The notes under the pieces were generated by a model. It was not told the origin of the DNA and did not search any database. It worked only from the letters and a program-made list of their open reading frames with translations. This document shows, piece by piece, positions 60,324 through 64,000 of a stretch of 64,000 bases of DNA; position 1 is the stretch's first letter, and each line of letters opens with the position of its first letter. The DNA lies in NCBI GenBank assembly GCA_965285935.1, contig OZ260667.1:14260001-14324000 (forward strand). The letters are read 5' to 3'. The stretch is from Ophelia neglecta. Taxonomy: Eukaryota. Both the position numbers and the translations under genes were made by a program.

Positions 60324-61379
60324 ACCTGGGTTTGATTATAGAAAGTAATGCAAACCGTATGGGAGAGGAATTAAATCCGGTTAACGTGCGCCAAAACCCA
60401 ACGAAGTTATCATCTTAAATACAATGGGATAGATGTACTGAACAAGCACACTTAGGTAAGAGTGATGTTGACAGTCTACGGGAAGACAGCCAAAACAAAA
60501 AACCTTAATCTTCACTGAGCATAGAGATGCTGTCAGCAGGATGAAGTCTGTGAGGAATCAGTCATCAGTGTGGGCCCACTCGATCAGCGTGAAGGCTGAT
60601 GTACGAGCTGGTGTCGATAATTAACATGTCCCAGGGTATAGGTATTTTGGCAAGACTTCCGGAGTCTTCCAGAACCTGTTTGCACTGAGCAAGGTCAATG
60701 ATAAAGAAAAAGAACAGGAACAATGTGTGTCCGTCATCACCAGCGGGGTCTGATTATTTATTCAGATTGATGGGAACAGCGGCTGGTAAATAGAAAAATT
60801 CTAAGATGGTTTTCTCCCCTTCCCGTCTAACAATTTGATGATACCGTACAATGCCATGCAAGAGTACATGTTATTTGCTCAGCGTCTTAGCCCTGAACAT
60901 TTGGGGATATGAAATGCAGGTGACGTTAACGTTTTGAATAATCATTTCTTCTATTCTTAACCGAATACTGTAGCTATATAGTCTTGCTCTAGCAATATTA
61001 TTGTTAATTCTCTCAGCAGCCCAGCTTACAATGCACAAGTGGATGGAACATAAGCAGTAACATGTTTTTTTAAATTCTTATAGTTGAGGAGTGGCCTATT
61101 GTCCCACTAAACCATTAACGGACAGAATCTGCTCCTTGGTCGAAACACTGGTGTTTCTTAAGGACACGATATTTACACATTCAGTGTATATATTGGCCCC
61201 CAAACCTAAATTAGGTCTATGTACTAATCCCTGACATGCACATTAAAGCCCACTTCATGTGATTATTTAGTCCAAATAAATATCGAGGACAATAAAATGT
61301 TTACAAATATATATCTTAATCCCATATGTTTCAAAAAAAATCAATTCTAAGAACAGCTTTTCCTGAATTCAACAGATAA

Positions 61380-61513
61380 CAGTGGATCATGCCTTGAAGC
61401 CCAACTCTATGATTAGACAACCTTTCAATTCAAACCTCGAGTATGAAGACCAAGCTGTATTAGTTCAGTGTCATATAACCTTTCTTAACAGACCACCTTC
61501 ACACGTTTCACTG
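61380..61513. mobile_element. Old diverged copy of MITE family A
   Basis: cagtggatcatgccttgaagcccaactctatgattagacaacc...cacgtttcactg|ta aligns with the ends of 29783-29960. Confidence 0.65.
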
Positions 61514-62969
61514 TATATAACATAAATTCAGTTATTTTAGCCTCATCATCAAGAGACTATTATTAAGACAAACAGTAAACACAATCAAGCAACTAATATC
61601 CTATATGGCCTGCAGGAATATATAAGAGGTAGGATCGCAGTTTTGTTACATATTTTTTAGTACTAAAAGGGCAATGATATCGATAATAGAAACATCGAAG
61701 GCCCTACGATTTAGATATATATTAGTGCCTTAATAATTCTATTATCGCTCTAAACTTCTTTTGGTGCCGTTTTACATTTGAAAATGACATTCATTGTAAC
61801 TGACACGTTTTTACATATTTGTCCAGCGGTTGTTGTACCACCGGTGCCGCGTTAGCATTTTCTGCTAGTTACGTGTTTCTATAACCTAAGGAGGCAGTTC
61901 AGTTCCGAGATGTTTCAAAACCCGTATTGGATTCGAGGAAATAAAGAAGGCGCTAACACTTGCTTTTGCGTGCGTAATCTGACTGGCAGATTCTGAACGG
62001 CTCACTCCAAATATATCGATCATTTATCACGCAAAATAACTGATTCAGATGATTGCAGACATAAGAGCAACATATGTAGACTGTCACTGCAAATATGTGT
62101 CAGTGTGACCTTTCAAAAGTCGCGACAGGTCACACGTCATTTGTTTATGTTAAATTAACCGCAGGCCTTAGCGACGTTTATAGTTATGACAACAAACTTT
62201 TACAAACCCTTAGCAACATCGTGGATACCACAACAAACTCTAACCGCATTACGTCACGGTTGCCATGTCGACAGACTTGACAGCCGACGGACTGGGCTAT
62301 TGTCACCTTTCGTCTGGGGGGTGTTAATTATTGACATATTCACTTCGATTGTCAAAACTGATAACTTTATTTCACTTTCTATTTTAAATGACCAAATTAT
62401 AATCATTAATGGAATTACTTATGATATAAGAAGTTCATAGATGTGTTTTGTTACTTTCTTTGTCATTAAGGGAATATGGGTCACACTTCTATACCTACAC
62501 GCCCCTTTCGTCACGTAAAATGGTTTAACCGCCAGACACTTTTTACAAAGGGATTTATGAATGGAACAAACAATGAACCAGCCCGACTGTGCCAAAAGAC
62601 GGAAAATATAATATTATTACAAGAAGAAACGGGTCTAGCCATTCGCGGGTGTTAGGGAATGATCATTATTCATGGCAGGGTGTGTGTGTGTGTCTTTGTG
62701 TGTGTGGGTGTGTGCAGCGGTTATTTCGCAGATCACGATAAGAATAAAGTGGCCCCCACCCCTCAGGTACAAATTTTGTGACCCCCCCCCCCCAAGTGAC
62801 CGCATTATTACACCAAATTGTGTATATATAAATGTGTAAATATAGGCCAATCTATATATTTAAATGTATATATGCTTCCGTTTATTTATCTACAGGCCAC
62901 CGAATGAAGTACTTAGGGCCTGCGTCCAGAGCGCGCAATACACATAATTCATGGAGAACCCCATAAGTT

Positions 62970-63335
62970 TGCGCAGCGCACTTCTCATAACATAGTAACA
63001 CATTAAGGTATGTAGCGCAGTGTTAAATGTGCATTCCAGTTAATCCCGAGCAGCGCTCATTACGTCTTCTAGTTATCGTTGCTTTGCGCAGCGCTCATTG
63101 CGCATCCCGGTGATAATTGCGCTGCCAAGCGCTAAAAGTTACGCAACCTAGAGTGTCAATTCCGTAGCGCAGGGCCCATTACGCCAACTATTCGATCCTC
63201 ACCAAGCGCAGGGCTCATTATGCAACCTAACTAGCCACTGCGCTGCGCAGCGGTTATTACGCCCCATGTTTGATCATTAAGCCGCGAAGCACCCATTTCG
63301 CCACCTAGTTACCAATATGGAGCGCCCAATGCCTC
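62970..63335. repeat. Diverged ~39-bp periodic array with core GCGCAGCGCTCATTACGC
   Basis: Cores at about 62971, 63015, 63048, 63086, 63124, 63167, 63206, 63245, 63284 and 63318. Confidence 0.75.
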
Positions 63336-64000
63336 ACCAATCTGATCAGTAATGGGTACTGTGATTGGTCAATCTTTTTAAGTTGATAGTAAGTGCGGGG
63401 GTAGGGGTGGGGGGTGGGGGTGGGGGCCTGGAAAAACAGGAGTCGAGAGCTACATAATAATAATAAATAGAAAAAGAATGGCGTTCCTTTAAACGGTGAC
63501 AGGGAAATCAGGAATTTTTCCAGTCAAGTAATACATCTTTGGAAATGAGGTCGTTGCTAAAAGTTAATCCGTTCACTGCAGATATCAGGCATTAGGTCTA
63601 CAAGTCCGGAAACTGGTTGTGGGATGTACATTTTGTACGGCGCAATAAGTACTGCAGTTCTACTATTCATGAATTTCGTAGGCACAAGGTGACAACTGAG
63701 CATCGTTCAACATTAGTCAAAATTATCAGCGGAGGGTGGGATGGGGGTGGGGGTCGGGGGTTGAAAGGAATTAAGTTCAATGCGACATAAACGTTAGCCT
63801 GATCTATAGAATAGAACCAACCTTAAGCACGGTACAATGGACAAGGCATGCACAATTGCCCAACAAATAGTTTAATGCAAACAATAAATCAACTGTTTCT
63901 TAATTTAGAAGGTAAACATATGATGTTCAAGTTTGCCTGTTGTTTTTGGTAGATGTTTGGCACATATAATACCTTACGTTATTGACACTCATGTACTGTC

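Noticed and set aside
62970-63335. CRISPR-like repeat-spacer array
   Set aside because: The cores are too degenerate, the linkers are partly homologous to each other and too short, and there are no cas genes.

Overview
This is eukaryotic (metazoan, probably marine invertebrate) genomic DNA: AT-rich, intron-rich, with many poly-G/C tracts and transposon remnants. No prokaryotic features, rRNA, tRNA or CRISPR arrays were seen. Genes reconstructed by hand from GT-AG junctions and phase: (1) an intact 12-exon CYP4 cytochrome P450 (+, 6734-11306, 513 aa); (2) the orphan last four exons of an FRRS1-type cytochrome b561 ferric-chelate reductase (-, 20080-21256); (3) a 24-exon ABCC4/MRP4-like ABC transporter (+, 29220-38362) with an apparent 1-nt frameshift in exon 6; (4) a complete 4-exon, 222-aa signal peptide + single CUB domain + GPI-like tail gene (-, 42943-47050); (5) the last exons of a Pro/Ser-rich protein ending SIYDNVQYINV (-, 50145 to at least 51993). 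Mobile DNA includes a decayed ISL2EU-type element, a Harbinger fragment, a 1.5-kb hAT-like element with a perfect 8-bp TSD, several MITE families and a LINE 3' end. The most striking signal is three independent young duplications that each copy splice signals and each have an edge at a splice junction: 21 tandem copies of a whole 39-nt phase-1 microexon with both splice sites, about 15 tandem copies of a splice acceptor plus exon start inside the CUB gene, and a 201-bp inverted duplication starting at a splice donor that would fold around a 69-nt exon. Whether any of these affects splicing cannot be determined from sequence alone.
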